Source: Propionibacteriales bacterium (GTDB lineage: Bacteria; Actinomycetota; Actinomycetes; Propionibacteriales; Nocardioidaceae). Taken from it: a stretch of DNA of 64,000 bases. The notes under the pieces are model-generated. The model was not told the DNA's origin and searched no databases. It saw only the letters and a list, made by a program, of their open reading frames with translations. How positions within the stretch are numbered: the first letter of the stretch is position 1; each line of letters opens with the position of its first letter. The DNA lies in assembly GCA_026392455.1 (NCBI GenBank), contig JAPLCB010000011.1:355664-419663 (forward strand), written 5' to 3'. Below are positions 47,516 to 57,874 of the stretch, piece after piece. The translations under genes were made by a program, and so were the position numbers.

Positions 47516-49116
47516 GTGGTCCTGTCCTCCAGATGTGCGGCGAGATCGTCGATCTCGCCGGAGAGGTCGCCCCCGGAGCTGCGGTGCAGTCCGGCGACCT
47601 CTACGAGCGTACGTCCGTCCTGGCGACGGACCCGAACCCAGACCCGACGGGGCCGGATGAACAGCGATCCGAGGAGCCCGGTCAGCGCCAGGATCATGCC
47701 GGCCAGGGCGACCTTCTCTCCCGGGTTGCTGCTGACCTGAAGCTTCACGAACCGGGAGACCCCGTCGAAGGTGATCGTGCCGAGTCCGTCGGGCAGGGTC
47801 GCGGTCGCACCCTTGGCCAGGTCGAGCCGCAGGTTCTTGGTACCGCCCTTGCCGTCGGCCTTCTTGACCTGCTCCAGCTTGGACATGTCCAGGGAGTAGA
47901 CCGACTGCGGGATGCCGCTGTCGAGGCCGAGGTCGCCCCGGTAGACGAAGAGCGACAGCAGCGAGTCGGCGCCGGGATCACCGGGCACAGCGTCGATGCC
48001 GGGGTAGATCGTCGACGGCTGGCCGCCGATGAGCCCGTACGTCGGGAAGAACAGGCCGCCGAAACCGAGCTGGCTGGGCGAGGCCTCGGGGACCTTGATG
48101 ACGCCCTCGGACAGGAACGAGGTGTCCTGGGGCAGGAAGATCACCGGGCCCGAGTACGCGATCTCGCCCTTGCCGTCGCGGACGGTGACGACCGGCGCGT
48201 AGCCGTGCCCGATCAGGTACACCTGGGCGCCGTCGACGTCGACCGGGTGGTTGACCGAGATCCGTGCCGTTCTGGTCGGGGCGTCGAACGCCGTCTGGTA
48301 CTCGAGGTCGGCGTAGAAGTCCGAGGCCATCCCGAACTCGTCGGCATCGGTACTGAAGTCGACGTGGAAGTCCTTGACGGTCAGGGCGAACGGGGCCAGG
48401 TCGGCCGGGTCGAAGAGCTTGCCCGGGACGAACTCGTCGTACTGGTTGGCGACGTTGGCGAACTGCCCGCCGGTGACCACGACCACGCCGCCCTTGTAGC
48501 CGAAGAGCGACCCGGTGGCGAAGCCGACCAGCACGATCAGGACCGAGAGGTGGAAGACCAGGTTGCCGGCTTCACGCAGGTAGCCGCGCTCCGCCGAGAC
48601 GGAGTCCTCGTACCCGTCGGTGCGGTAGCTGCTGAGCCGCTCACGGGCCCGGGCCAGCACGTCGGCGGGCTCCTGGTCGACGGTGAACGAGCGGTACTCG
48701 GGCAACCGGGCCAGGTTCGCCGGCGTCCGTGGAGGGCGGGCCCGCATCGCCCGGAAGTAGACCCGGGTCCGGGGCAGGATGCACCCGACCAGCGAGATCA
48801 TCAGCAGGATGTAGATCGCCGAGAACCAGGCCGATCCGTAGACGTTGAAGAGGCCGAGCTTCTCGTAGACCGGGGCCAGGGTCGAGTGGGCCTCGCGCCA
48901 CCGGCCGGCGGCCACCGAGTCCACGTTGTCCTGGGGGACCACGGACCCGGGGACCGCACCGAGGGCGAGCAGGAAGAGCAGGATCAGCGCGGTCTTCATC
49001 GACGTGAGCTGGCGCCACGTCCAGCGCAGGAACGCCACGGGAGCCAGTGGTGCCACCTCGGGCGCCCGGTCGCGGTCGTTGCCGAACTCCGGGGCGCCGG
49101 GCCGCTGCTCGGCCAT
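47512..49116 (-). CDS. resB: cytochrome c biogenesis protein ResB/Ccs1
   Basis: In-frame part of ORF 47512..49425 from ATG 49116: MAEQRPGAPEF...FLRWTWRQLTSMKTALILLFLLALGAVPGS. Confidence 0.9.
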   Translation of the reverse strand: MAEQRPGAPEFGNDRDRAPEVAPLAPVAFLRWTWRQLTSMKTALILLFLLALGAVPGSVVPQDNVDSVAAGRWREAHSTLAPVYEKLGLFNVYGSAWFSAIYILLMISLVGCILPRTRVYFRAMRARPPRTPANLARLPEYRSFTVDQEPADVLARARERLSSYRTDGYEDSVSAERGYLREAGNLVFHLSVLIVLVGFATGSLFGYKGGVVVVTGGQFANVANQYDEFVPGKLFDPADLAPFALTVKDFHVDFSTDADEFGMASDFYADLEYQTAFDAPTRTARISVNHPVDVDGAQVYLIGHGYAPVVTVRDGKGEIAYSGPVIFLPQDTSFLSEGVIKVPEASPSQLGFGGLFFPTYGLIGGQPSTIYPGIDAVPGDPGADSLLSLFVYRGDLGLDSGIPQSVYSLDMSKLEQVKKADGKGGTKNLRLDLAKGATATLPDGLGTITFDGVSRFVKLQVSSNPGEKVALAGMILALTGLLGSLFIRPRRVWVRVRRQDGRTLVEVAGLHRSSGGDLSGEIDDLAAHLEDRTT

Positions 49117-49877
49117 CAGAGGTCCGCCGTGAAGCCGGGCGCGAGATTGCGCAAGTCCTCGACGAGGTAGTCCCACCAACCGGTGATCAGCAGCACCCCG
49201 ACCGCGATCAGCATCAGGCCACCGGCCCGGGTGACCCACGTCTGGTGACGCCGGATCCAGCCGATGGCGCCCAGGGTGCGCCGGTAGGCCAGGGCCGCCA
49301 CGACGAACGGGAGCCCGAGCCCGAGGCAGAAGAACGCACTGAGCAGAGCCCCCCGCTCCGCGCTGGCCTCGTTGATCGCGAGGCCCTGGATCACGGTCAG
49401 CGTCGGCCCCATGCAGGGGGTCCAACCGAGACCGAAGAGCAGCCCGATCAGCGGCGCCGCCGCGAGGCCGACATCAGGGATGCCGTGGATGCGCCAGTCC
49501 CGCTGCAACCACGGGATCGCTCCGAGGAAGGCCATCCCGAGCAAGATCGTGACGCCCCCCAGGGCGATGCTGATCTGGTCCTGGTACTCGAACAGCCAGC
49601 GTCCGACGCTGCCGAAGAGGGTCCCGTAGGTGACGTAGACGAACGAGAATCCGGCCACGAAGAGCAGCGACCCGGCCAGCATCCGGCCGCGGCGCCCCGA
49701 CTCCAGGTCGGCTCCCGACAAGCCGGTGGTGTACGACAGGTACCCCGGCAGCAGCGGCACCACGCACGGACTGAAGAACGAGACCAGGCCGGCCGCCAGG
49801 GCCACCGGGATCGCCAGCACCAACGAGCCGCTGAAGGCGACGTCCTGGAACCAGCTCGCGAGGCTCAGCGGGGTCAC
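49116..49877 (-). CDS. ccdA: cytochrome c biogenesis protein CcdA (DsbD-like TM reductant transfer)
   Basis: In-frame part of ORF 49116..50384 from GTG 49877: ...LVSFFSPCVVPLLPGYLSY...GWTPCMGPTL. Both conserved Cys motifs are present. Confidence 0.9.
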   Translation of the reverse strand: MTPLSLASWFQDVAFSGSLVLAIPVALAAGLVSFFSPCVVPLLPGYLSYTTGLSGADLESGRRGRMLAGSLLFVAGFSFVYVTYGTLFGSVGRWLFEYQDQISIALGGVTILLGMAFLGAIPWLQRDWRIHGIPDVGLAAAPLIGLLFGLGWTPCMGPTLTVIQGLAINEASAERGALLSAFFCLGLGLPFVVAALAYRRTLGAIGWIRRHQTWVTRAGGLMLIAVGVLLITGWWDYLVEDLRNLAPGFTADL

Positions 49878-50449
49878 CGGCGCACGTCCTCGACCACGTC
49901 GATCAACGTCGTCGCGCTGGTCACCTCGCCGAGGATGCTGGCCGCCACCCGGCCCTGGGCGTCGATGATCACCGTGCTCGGGATCGAGGCCGGGGTCAGG
50001 GTGCCGCGGAAGGCGAGCAGGTTCTTGCCACCCGGATCGAAGATCGAGGCGTACGGGACCGCACGCTGACGCTGGAACGCGAGCGCGTTGTCGATGCTGA
50101 CGTCGCGGGTGTTGATCCCGAGGAAGACCACGCCCTGGGGCTGGAGCTCGTTGGCAGCCTCCGCCAGGTCGTCGGCCTCGGACCGGCACGGCGGGCACCA
50201 CGAACCCCAGACGTTGATCACCACGACCTTGCCGAGGTACTGCGACAACGCGACCTCGGCGCCGTCCAGGGTCACTCCGGCGACGTTCCCGGGCTTGCTG
50301 CGCTCGGAGGGGTCGAGCTGGGTGATCACACCGCTGCCGTCGACGTACCCCTTGTCCCCGGTGCCGCCCACGCCCGCGCCGCACCCTGCCGTGACCACGA
50401 GGACCAGCAGGGCGCAGGCAACCCGGACCGGGCGCGGGACACGCGTCAT
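49874..50449 (-). CDS. TlpA/ResA-like thiol:disulfide oxidoreductase lipoprotein
   Basis: In-frame part of ORF 49874..50536 from ATG 50449: MTRVPRPVRVACALLVLVVTAGCGAG (lipobox) and the VWGSWCPPCRSE thioredoxin motif. Confidence 0.9.
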   Translation of the reverse strand: MTRVPRPVRVACALLVLVVTAGCGAGVGGTGDKGYVDGSGVITQLDPSERSKPGNVAGVTLDGAEVALSQYLGKVVVINVWGSWCPPCRSEADDLAEAANELQPQGVVFLGINTRDVSIDNALAFQRQRAVPYASIFDPGGKNLLAFRGTLTPASIPSTVIIDAQGRVAASILGEVTSATTLIDVVEDVRR

Positions 50450-50453
50450 CGGC

Positions 50454-51197
50454 TCAGCGGTCCGGGGTCTGGTCGTCGGGAAGGTCCGGGTTCGAGCCGG
50501 GCTGGGCAGCCAGGTCGTTGGGCTCGGTGACCGCACCGGTGAGGAAGCCGGTCCCGGACGAGAAGACGGCCCGTCGTTCGGCCTCGGGGATCATGTCGCC
50601 AGCCGGCTCCGAGTAACCGACGGAGACCAGCCGGTCGCCCTCGAACTCGAACGAGGTGAGGCTGCACAAGGTGCACTGGCGCTTGCGCGGGTCGTGCATG
50701 TAGCGACGCTTCTCGGCGTGCAGCCGACAGATCCAGATCGGGAGCTGGTGGGAGACGATCAGGGCCTCGTGGCCCTCGGCGGCTGCGCGGGCGTCCTCCA
50801 CGGCCGCCCACATCCGGGTGGCGACCTCCAGGTACGGCTCGCCCCAGGACGGCTTGAACGGGTTCCACAGGTGCCGCCACGCCGACGGTCGGCGCAGCAC
50901 GCCGTCGCCGACCGAGAACGGTCGGCCCTCGAAGATGTTCGCCGACTCGATCACCCGGTCGTCGGTGGTGATCGCGACCCCGCGACGGACGGCCAGCGGC
51001 CCGGCGGTCTGCTGGGCCCGTTCCAGCGGCGAGGCGACGACGTGGGTGATGTCCCGGTCGCCGATCCGCTCGGCGATCCGCTCGGCCATCGCGACCCCGC
51101 GGTCGGAGAGCACGAAGCCCGGAGCCCGCCCGTAGAGGATGCCCTCGGGGTTGAAGACCTCGCCGTGACGCAGCAGGTGGACGGTCGTCGTGCTCAT
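50454..51197 (-). CDS. histidine phosphatase (phosphoglycerate mutase-like) family protein
   Basis: In-frame tail of ORF 50454..52712 from ATG 51197: [19 protein letters not shown] (RHG motif). ATGA overlap with hemL. Same position as in the mycobacterial hemL-ccs cluster. Confidence 0.88.
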   Translation of the reverse strand: MSTTTVHLLRHGEVFNPEGILYGRAPGFVLSDRGVAMAERIAERIGDRDITHVVASPLERAQQTAGPLAVRRGVAITTDDRVIESANIFEGRPFSVGDGVLRRPSAWRHLWNPFKPSWGEPYLEVATRMWAAVEDARAAAEGHEALIVSHQLPIWICRLHAEKRRYMHDPRKRQCTLCSLTSFEFEGDRLVSVGYSEPAGDMIPEAERRAVFSSGTGFLTGAVTEPNDLAAQPGSNPDLPDDQTPDR

Positions 51198-52513
51198 CGG
51201 GTGTCCTTTCGGGACGGAGCGGCAGCGGCAGCGGCAGCAGCAGCAGGCAGGGCGTCGAGCACGTGCTGAACGGCGCGGTCGTCGTGCGCCGAGGAGACGA
51301 ACCACGACTCGTACGCGCTGGGCGGCAGGTAGACCCCGGCGTCGAGCATGGCGTGGAAGAACGCCGTGAAGACGTCGGTGTCCTGGGTCTGCGCCGTCGC
51401 GTAGTCGACGACCGGAGCGACCTCGCCGAAGAAGATCGAGAACATGTTGCCGTTGCTCTGCAGCCGGTGCGGCACCCCGGCGGCCGACAGCGCCTCGGAC
51501 GCCGCCTGCGAGATCGTGGCCGCCACGTGGTCGACCCGGGCGTAGACGTCCTCGGTGGCCAGACGCAGGGTGGCAAGGCCGGCAGCGGTGGCGACCGGGT
51601 TCCCCGACAGCGTCCCGGCCTGGTAGACCGGCCCCTGGGGCGACAGCATCGCCATCACGTCGGCCCGACCGCCGAACGCGGCAGCGGGGAAGCCGCCGCC
51701 CATCACCTTGCCGAAGGTGCTGAGGTCGGGGACCCAGCCCTCGACGGCGCCGTCGGTCCCCCACTGGCCGCTGCGCGACACCCGGAAGCCGGTCATCACC
51801 TCGTCGGAGACGAAGAGGGCGCCGTACCGGGAGCAGATCTCGGCCAGGAAGGCGTTGAAGCCGGGCAGCGGCGGTACGACACCCATGTTGCCCGGCGAGG
51901 CCTCGGTGATCAGGCAGGCGATGCTCGCACCGTGCTCGGCGAACGCGGCCTCGACGGCGGCACGGTCGTTGAACGGCAGCACGATGGTCTGCGCCGCGGA
52001 CGAGGCCGGCACCCCGGGGGTCGCGCTGACGCCCAGCGTGGCCAGACCGGAGCCGGCGCTGGCCAGCAGCGAGTCGACGTGGCCGTGGTAGCAGCCGGAG
52101 AACTTGACGACCACGTCGCGGCCGGTGAAACCGCGGGCCAACCGGATCGCGGACATGGTGGCCTCGGTCCCCGAGCTGACCAGCCGGACCTGCTCGACCG
52201 GGGTGCGCGCGACGATCTCCTCGGCGAGCTCCACCTCGGTCGTGGTCGGCGTCCCGTACGAGGTGCCGCGAGCGATCGCGGCGCCCACCGAGGCGAGCAC
52301 CTCGGGGTGGGCGTGGCCCAGCAGCATCGGACCCCAGGAGCAGACCAGGTCCACGTACGAGTTCCCGTCGACATCGGTCAACCAGGCTCCCTGACCCGAC
52401 GCCATGAAGCGCGGGGTCCCGCCGACGGCTGCGAACGCCCGGACCGGGGAGTTGACGCCCCCCGGGGTCACCGCACGGGCACGCTCGAACCACTGCTCGG
52501 ACTCTGGATGCAC
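51194..52513 (-). CDS. hemL: glutamate-1-semialdehyde 2,1-aminomutase
   Basis: ORF 51194..52513. [22 protein letters not shown] and FDEVMTGFR-like ([12 protein letters not shown]) motifs. Confidence 0.96.
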   Translation of the reverse strand: MHPESEQWFERARAVTPGGVNSPVRAFAAVGGTPRFMASGQGAWLTDVDGNSYVDLVCSWGPMLLGHAHPEVLASVGAAIARGTSYGTPTTTEVELAEEIVARTPVEQVRLVSSGTEATMSAIRLARGFTGRDVVVKFSGCYHGHVDSLLASAGSGLATLGVSATPGVPASSAAQTIVLPFNDRAAVEAAFAEHGASIACLITEASPGNMGVVPPLPGFNAFLAEICSRYGALFVSDEVMTGFRVSRSGQWGTDGAVEGWVPDLSTFGKVMGGGFPAAAFGGRADVMAMLSPQGPVYQAGTLSGNPVATAAGLATLRLATEDVYARVDHVAATISQAASEALSAAGVPHRLQSNGNMFSIFFGEVAPVVDYATAQTQDTDVFTAFFHAMLDAGVYLPPSAYESWFVSSAHDDRAVQHVLDALPAAAAAAAAAPSRKDTR

Positions 52514-52539
52514 CTGCGCATTGTCGCTGACTCCAGCAC

Positions 52540-52692
52540 GCCGCTGCGAATCGCGTCCGGATCAGCGCAGCGCGAGGCCCTGAATTTCGGCTAAGGAATT
52601 CTTTTTTCCCGAGTTTCACGACACGATCGGGACCTTGGTCCGTCTCACCTGTGCTGCTCGACCGCACCCGGGCAGACCTCGTAAAAAAGACA
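52540..52692 (+). ncRNA. candidate structured 5' leader; partial resemblance to the ydaO-yuaA (c-di-AMP) riboswitch
   Basis: A 273-nt low-GC gap lies before the lytic transglycosylase gene. Blocks GCGAAUC, GAGGCCC, CUGAAUUUC, CGGGACC and CCGCACCCGGGCAGACCUCGUAA occur in the same order as conserved ydaO blocks. I could not identify a P1 helix. Confidence 0.3.
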
Positions 52693-52786
52693 TTTGTTCC
52701 ACCGTGACTCACAACGGGGCATAATCGTTGAACGGGGCAACGTCCGATTTATCCAGATCGGACAGAAATACAGGGAGACTCACCAC

Positions 52787-54031
52787 ATGTTCGCTTTCCC
52801 GAAGGGACGCACGAGCAAGGCAGTCACGCTCGTTCCGTTGGCGCTGATCTCGGCTGCCTGGACCGCCAGCCTCGCCGGCGTCGAGCCGGCCGCCGCTGAT
52901 CGCGACCAGGCAACGGCCCTCCCCGGGGGTGCAGCCGTGCCCAGCGAGGCCATCAAGGCTCCCGCCAGCGTGCCGATCCCCGGCGCGATCGCGCCGAGCG
53001 TCCCGGACGGCACCGCCGACTCGGTCGTCGCCGGTGCCTCCACCAGCGGCATCCCCTCAGCGGCGCTCTCCGCCTACCAGCGCGGATCGCAGATCATCAA
53101 CGCCGCCGACCCGACCTGCAACATCCCGTGGGAGCTCCTCGCCGCGATCGGGCGGGTCGAGTCCAACCACGGCCAGTACGACGGCAACATCCTGGGCAGC
53201 GACGGCGTCAGCTCGCCGGGCATCTTCGGTCCCCAGCTCAACGGCAAGGGCGGCACCCAGGCGATCACCGACACCGACGGCGGCCAGCTGGACCAGGACT
53301 CGGTCTACGACCGGGCCGTCGGTCCGATGCAGTTCATCCCGGCGACCTGGTCGTCGGTCAAGGTCGACGCCGACGGCGACGGCCAGCGGAACCCCCAAGA
53401 CATCGACGACGCCGCGCTGGCGTCGGGCGTGTACCTCTGCTCGGGCAGCGACGACATGTCCTCGCGCACCGGCCAGGAAGCGTCGGTCTTCCGGTACAAC
53501 CACAGCCGCGAGTACGTCGACCTGGTCCTGCGGATCATGGAGGCCTACAGCCAGGGCGACTACACCTCGGTCCCCTCGGGCACCTACGGCGGTTCGGTCT
53601 TCACCCCGAGCTACACCTCGGCGATCCAGAAGCACCGCAACCAGGGCAACAGCACGCCGACCAAGCCGGGGACCAGCAACCCGGGGACCAGCAACCCGGG
53701 CACCGACCCGGGCACCGACGAGCCCAGCAGCGGCGGCGGTACGCCGAGCAAGCCGTCCCTGCCCAAGAACCCGCTCTCGCCGGTTCTCGAGCCGGTCACC
53801 GGGGCGATCAGCGGCGTCACCCAGCCGGTGGCCGACACCCTGGGCACGCTGGCGGCAGCACTGGGCTTCTGCAACACCCAGTTCGCCAGCATCCCCGACC
53901 CGCTCGGCCTTCTGATCCCGGCCAAGAACGCCTGCGCAGCGAAGGTCCAGGGCATGGCCAAGGACGACGCGGCAGCCCTGATCCCGAACACGCTGACCGG
54001 CATCCTGAAGTGGCTCGGCCTGGTCAAGTGA
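52787..54031 (+). CDS. secreted lytic murein transglycosylase (SLT_2/MltB-like) with Pro/Gly-rich C-terminal region
   Basis: In-frame part of ORF 52694..54031 from ATG 52787 (GGGAGA RBS). Signal peptide, then IPWELLAAIGRVESNHG ... GPMQFIPATW ... DGDGQRNPQDIDDAALASGVYLC. Confidence 0.88.
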   Translation: MFAFPKGRTSKAVTLVPLALISAAWTASLAGVEPAAADRDQATALPGGAAVPSEAIKAPASVPIPGAIAPSVPDGTADSVVAGASTSGIPSAALSAYQRGSQIINAADPTCNIPWELLAAIGRVESNHGQYDGNILGSDGVSSPGIFGPQLNGKGGTQAITDTDGGQLDQDSVYDRAVGPMQFIPATWSSVKVDADGDGQRNPQDIDDAALASGVYLCSGSDDMSSRTGQEASVFRYNHSREYVDLVLRIMEAYSQGDYTSVPSGTYGGSVFTPSYTSAIQKHRNQGNSTPTKPGTSNPGTSNPGTDPGTDEPSSGGGTPSKPSLPKNPLSPVLEPVTGAISGVTQPVADTLGTLAAALGFCNTQFASIPDPLGLLIPAKNACAAKVQGMAKDDAAALIPNTLTGILKWLGLVK

Positions 54032-54043
54032 CCTGAGCTCGGT

Positions 54044-54101
54044 CTGCCGGTTTCACACCAGGTGGCGTGAAACCGGCAGATCAGCACGTTGCAACGTGCT
54101 G
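54044..54101. terminator. two adjacent hairpins between convergent transglycosylase and hemB genes
   Basis: CTGCCGGTTTCAC-n10-GTGAAACCGGCAG (54044-54079, 13-bp stem) followed by the 20-nt perfect palindrome CAGCACGTTGCAACGTGCTG (54082-54101). Confidence 0.65.
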
Positions 54102-54121
54102 GCCGGTCAGGAACGACGGCC

Positions 54122-55099
54122 TCAGGCGCGCAGGAGACCTGCCGCCTCGAGGGCCCAGTAGGTCAGGATGATGTCGGCCCCGGCACGGTGGATCGACGTC
54201 AGCGACTCCAGGATCGCCGCCTCGCGGTCGATCCAGCCCTGGGCGGCAGCGGCCTCGACCATCGAGTACTCGCCGGAGACGTTGTACGCGGCCACCGGAA
54301 CGTCCACGGCAGCCTTCACCGCCGCCAGCACGTCGAGGTAGCCCAGGGCAGGCTTGACCAGCACGATGTCGGCGCCCTCGGCGACGTCCAGCCTGGCCTC
54401 GCGGACCCCTTCGAGGCGGTTGGCGGGGTCCTGCTGGTAGGTACGCCGGTCACCCTGCAGGGAGGAGTCGACGGCCTCGCGGAACGGGCCGTAGAACGCC
54501 GAGGCGTACTTGGCGGAGTAGGCCAGGATCCCGACGCCGGTGTGCTCGCCGGTGTCCAGGGCCTCGCGAACCATCCGGACCTGGCCGTCCATCATCCCGC
54601 TCGGTGCGACCAGGTCAACCCCGGCCGCCGCCTGGGCGAGCGCCATCGTGGCGTAGATGTCGAGGGTGCGGTCGTTGTCGACGTTGCCGTCGCCGTCCAG
54701 GACCCCGCAGTGGCCGTGGTCGGGGAACTCGTCCAGGCACAGGTCCGCCCTCACGCAGAGCTCGTCACCGACATCGGCCACGACGTCGTTGATCGCCAGG
54801 TTGAGGATGCCGTGCGGGTCGATGGCTCCCGACCCGGTCGCGTCCTTGGTCTCGGGGATGCCGAAGAGCATCACCCCGCCCAGACCCGCTGCCACCGCCT
54901 CGTTCGCCACCTTCTTCAAGGTGTCCCGGGTGTGCTGGACGACCCCGGGCATCGACGCGATCGGAGTCACCTCGGTCGCGCCCTCACGGACGAACAGCGG
55001 CAGCACCAGCTGCCGGGGAGCCACCCCCGACTCCGCCACGAGCCGGCGCAGGGCCGGCGTACGACGCAGTCGGCGGGGGCGGATGTCCGGGTAGGTCAT
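54122..55099 (-). CDS. hemB: porphobilinogen synthase (delta-aminolevulinate dehydratase)
   Basis: ORF 54122..55120. [27 protein letters not shown] and MMDGQV motifs. Start ATG 55099 preferred; GTG 55120 and ATG 55108 are alternatives. Confidence 0.95.
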   Translation of the reverse strand: MTYPDIRPRRLRRTPALRRLVAESGVAPRQLVLPLFVREGATEVTPIASMPGVVQHTRDTLKKVANEAVAAGLGGVMLFGIPETKDATGSGAIDPHGILNLAINDVVADVGDELCVRADLCLDEFPDHGHCGVLDGDGNVDNDRTLDIYATMALAQAAAGVDLVAPSGMMDGQVRMVREALDTGEHTGVGILAYSAKYASAFYGPFREAVDSSLQGDRRTYQQDPANRLEGVREARLDVAEGADIVLVKPALGYLDVLAAVKAAVDVPVAAYNVSGEYSMVEAAAAQGWIDREAAILESLTSIHRAGADIILTYWALEAAGLLRA

Positions 55100-55179
55100 G
55101 CTCACCATCCTGTCACTCACCAGGTTTCGAGGCAGGCCCTAGCGGGCTTGCACCTCAACCAGCAGGGATCTGATTCGAG

Positions 55180-56877
55180 CTACTTCGAGCTGGCCCGACG
55201 TCGCCCGGCCGGACGGCGCTCCGACGGCTTCGTGACCGGCTGACCGGCCTCCAGGAGCGATGCCCGACGCGCCGCACCGAAGTCGGCGAGTGCCTCGGCC
55301 AGCTCCTCCACCGACGGATTCGGGGCCATCACGTCGACCCGGAGACCGTGCTCCTCGGCGGTCTTCGCGGTGGCCGGTCCGATCACGGCGATGATCGTCG
55401 ACGCGTGCGGCTTGCCGGCGATGCCGACCAGGTTGCGCACCGTGGACGACGACGTGAACACGACCGCGTCGAACCTGCCCGACTTGATCGCCTCGCGCGT
55501 CGGCGCCGGCGGCGGGGCCGCCCGGACGGTCCGGTACGCCGTGACGTCGTCGACCTCCCAGCCCAGGTCGACCAGACCGGCGACCAGGTTCTCGGTGGCG
55601 ATGTCGGCACGCGGCAGGAAGACCCGGTTGATCGGGTCGAGGAGCTCGTCGAACGGCGGCCAGTCCTCGAGCAGGCCGCGGGCGGACTGCTCACCGGACG
55701 GGACCAGGTCGGCGCGCAGGCCCCAGTCGGCCAGGGACGCGGCGGTCTTCTCCCCGACCGCCGCGATCTTCAGACCCGAGAACGCACGGGCGTCCAGGCC
55801 GTACTCCTCGAACTTCTCGCGGACCGCACGGACCGCGTTGACCGAGGTGAACGCGATCCACTCGTACCGGCCCTCGACCAGACCGCGCACGGCCTTGTCC
55901 ATCTGCTGCGGGTTCCGCGGCGGTTCGACCGAGATCGTCGGGACCTCTTCAGGCTCCGACCCGAAGCTGCGCAGCCGCATCGACAGCGACGCCGCCTGCT
56001 CCTTGGTGCGGGGCACCAGGACGCGCCAGCCGAAGAGCGGCTTGTTCTCGTACCAGGACAGCTGGTCGCGCAGGTCGACCACGGCACCGATGACGGTGAC
56101 GGCAGGCGCCTCCATCCGGGCCGCCCGGACGTCCGCCGCGACGTTCGCCAGGGTCGAGACCAGGGTCCGCTGGGTGGTGACGGTGCCGGTGCGGGTCATC
56201 GAGACCGGCGTCTCCGCCGCTCGACCGGCCGCGATCAGCTCGCGAGCGATCTCACCGATGCTGCCGACCGCGGACAGCAGCACCAGGGTCGGCCGGCTCA
56301 CGTACTGCGACCAGTCGATGGTCGCGCCGCTGCACGACAGGATGGTCACCTCGCGGTGGTTCTTGGTGGTCAGCGGGATGCCGGCGTACGCCGGGACGGC
56401 GTTGACCGAGGAGACCCCGGGGACGACCTCGAAACCGATCTCCGCCTTCGCGCAGGCCTGCGCCTCCTCGGGCCCGGAGGCGTAGAGGAACGGGTCGCCG
56501 GCCATCAGCCGGACCACGCGCTTGCCGGTCTTGGCCTGCTTGATCACGACCTTGGCGCGCGAGGCGTGGGTCAGCGGCTGGCCGTCCTCACCGAACCCGC
56601 CGTCGACGAACACCGGGCCGCTGAGGACCGGGCCGATCACCGGGGCCGCTGCCGGAGCGTCCTCGTCGGTCTCGTCCTCGGCGTCCGTCGGCTCGATCAG
56701 GCCGAGCAGTCCGCGCACGAGCGTCTCGTGCTCGGGGAGCTCGGTGATCACGATCTCGGCGTCCTTCAGCAGCTCGACCGCGCGGACGGTCAGCAGGTCG
56801 GGGTCGCCGGGTCCGGCGCCCACGAAGGACACCCACCGGGTCTGGCGGGCGGTCGTGCTGGATGCAGTGTTGGTCAC
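55180..56877 (-). CDS. hemD: bifunctional uroporphyrinogen-III C-methyltransferase / uroporphyrinogen-III synthase
   Basis: ORF 55180..56961. N-terminal SUMT domain (VSFVGAGPGDPDLLTVRA), C-terminal HemD domain. GTG 56877 (AAGAAGG RBS) gives 565 aa, the same architecture as the mycobacterial CysG/HemD fusion. Confidence 0.9.
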   Translation of the reverse strand: MTNTASSTTARQTRWVSFVGAGPGDPDLLTVRAVELLKDAEIVITELPEHETLVRGLLGLIEPTDAEDETDEDAPAAAPVIGPVLSGPVFVDGGFGEDGQPLTHASRAKVVIKQAKTGKRVVRLMAGDPFLYASGPEEAQACAKAEIGFEVVPGVSSVNAVPAYAGIPLTTKNHREVTILSCSGATIDWSQYVSRPTLVLLSAVGSIGEIARELIAAGRAAETPVSMTRTGTVTTQRTLVSTLANVAADVRAARMEAPAVTVIGAVVDLRDQLSWYENKPLFGWRVLVPRTKEQAASLSMRLRSFGSEPEEVPTISVEPPRNPQQMDKAVRGLVEGRYEWIAFTSVNAVRAVREKFEEYGLDARAFSGLKIAAVGEKTAASLADWGLRADLVPSGEQSARGLLEDWPPFDELLDPINRVFLPRADIATENLVAGLVDLGWEVDDVTAYRTVRAAPPPAPTREAIKSGRFDAVVFTSSSTVRNLVGIAGKPHASTIIAVIGPATAKTAEEHGLRVDVMAPNPSVEELAEALADFGAARRASLLEAGQPVTKPSERRPAGRRRASSK

Positions 56878-56890
56878 AGTTGCCTTCTTG

Positions 56891-57874
56891 CTACTTGCCG
56901 CTTGCGTGATGGGTGTCGGAACCGAGAGGGAAATGCTGGTGTTCGGGTACGGGTGGATCAAGGAGGTCGTGCGCGCCCTCGGCGATCATCTCGGCCGCGA
57001 GCTTGCGCCCGAGGCCGACCGGGTCGTCGTACGGACCGGAAGCCGAGAGGCGGACCGAGAGCGCGCCGTCCAGCGAGCTGGCGACCGCCCTGATCCAGAG
57101 CTCGTCACCGTCCTCGCCCTCGACGACCTCGGCCAGAGCACCGACCGGGGCGGAGCAGCCGGCCTCGAGCTCGGCGAGCACCATCCGCTCGCAGGTGACG
57201 GCCGCCCGGGTCCGCGGGTCGTCCAGGGCACCGACGAGCAGGGCGACCAGCTCGACGTCGGCGGAACGGCACTCGATCGCCAGCGCCCCCTGGCCGGGAG
57301 CCGGCAGCACCTGGATCGGGTCGAGCACCTCGGTGATCTCGGCCAGCCGGCCCAACCGGGCGAGCCCGGCCCGGGCCAGGACGACCGCGTCCAGGTCACC
57401 GGAGACGACGTGAGCGATCCGGGTGTCGACGTTGCCGCGGGTACCGACCAGCTCGATCCCGAGACCGAGCGCCTCGATCTGGGCGACCCGCCGTGGGGAC
57501 CCCGTGCCGACCCTGCTGCCCGGCGGAAGCTCGCCCAGGGTCAGACCGTCGCGGGCGACGATGGCGTCCCGGGGGTCCTCGCGGACCGGTACGGCGGCCA
57601 GGGCGATGCCGTCGGCCGGAGCGGTCGGGAGGTCCTTCAGCGAGTGCACCGCGACGTCGACCTCCCCGGCGAGGAGCGCGTCGCGCAGGGCGCTCACGAA
57701 CACCCCGGTGCCGCCCATGGTGGCCAGCGGGGCGCGGTTGACGTCGCCTTCGGTGGAGACGGTGACCAGGGTGGTCTCGCGGCCGGTGCGGGCGGTGATC
57801 GCGTCCGCCACCAGACCGGACTGGGTACGGGCCAGCGTGGAGGCCCGGGTCCCGATGCGCAGCACGGTCGTCAT
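56891..57874 (-). CDS. hemC: hydroxymethylbilane synthase (porphobilinogen deaminase)
   Basis: In-frame part of ORF 56891..59014 from ATG 57874: [18 protein letters not shown]...AVHSLKDLP...GTGSPRR...RGNVDTR...[15 protein letters not shown] overlap with hemA. Confidence 0.95.
   Translation of the reverse strand: MTTVLRIGTRASTLARTQSGLVADAITARTGRETTLVTVSTEGDVNRAPLATMGGTGVFVSALRDALLAGEVDVAVHSLKDLPTAPADGIALAAVPVREDPRDAIVARDGLTLGELPPGSRVGTGSPRRVAQIEALGLGIELVGTRGNVDTRIAHVVSGDLDAVVLARAGLARLGRLAEITEVLDPIQVLPAPGQGALAIECRSADVELVALLVGALDDPRTRAAVTCERMVLAELEAGCSAPVGALAEVVEGEDGDELWIRAVASSLDGALSVRLSASGPYDDPVGLGRKLAAEMIAEGAHDLLDPPVPEHQHFPLGSDTHHASGK

Noticed and set aside
50454-52712. 752-aa ORF spanning hemL
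   Set aside because: Only the C-terminal 247 codons (the histidine phosphatase, from ATG 51197) are credible. The remainder is an alternative frame over hemL, which has unambiguous aminomutase motifs in its own frame.
55180-56877. CobA-HemD fusion considered as a novel bifunctional enzyme
   Set aside because: The same 565-aa methyltransferase/synthase fusion sits in the same hemA-hemC-hemD-hemB context in mycobacteria and other Actinobacteria. It is conserved, not novel.
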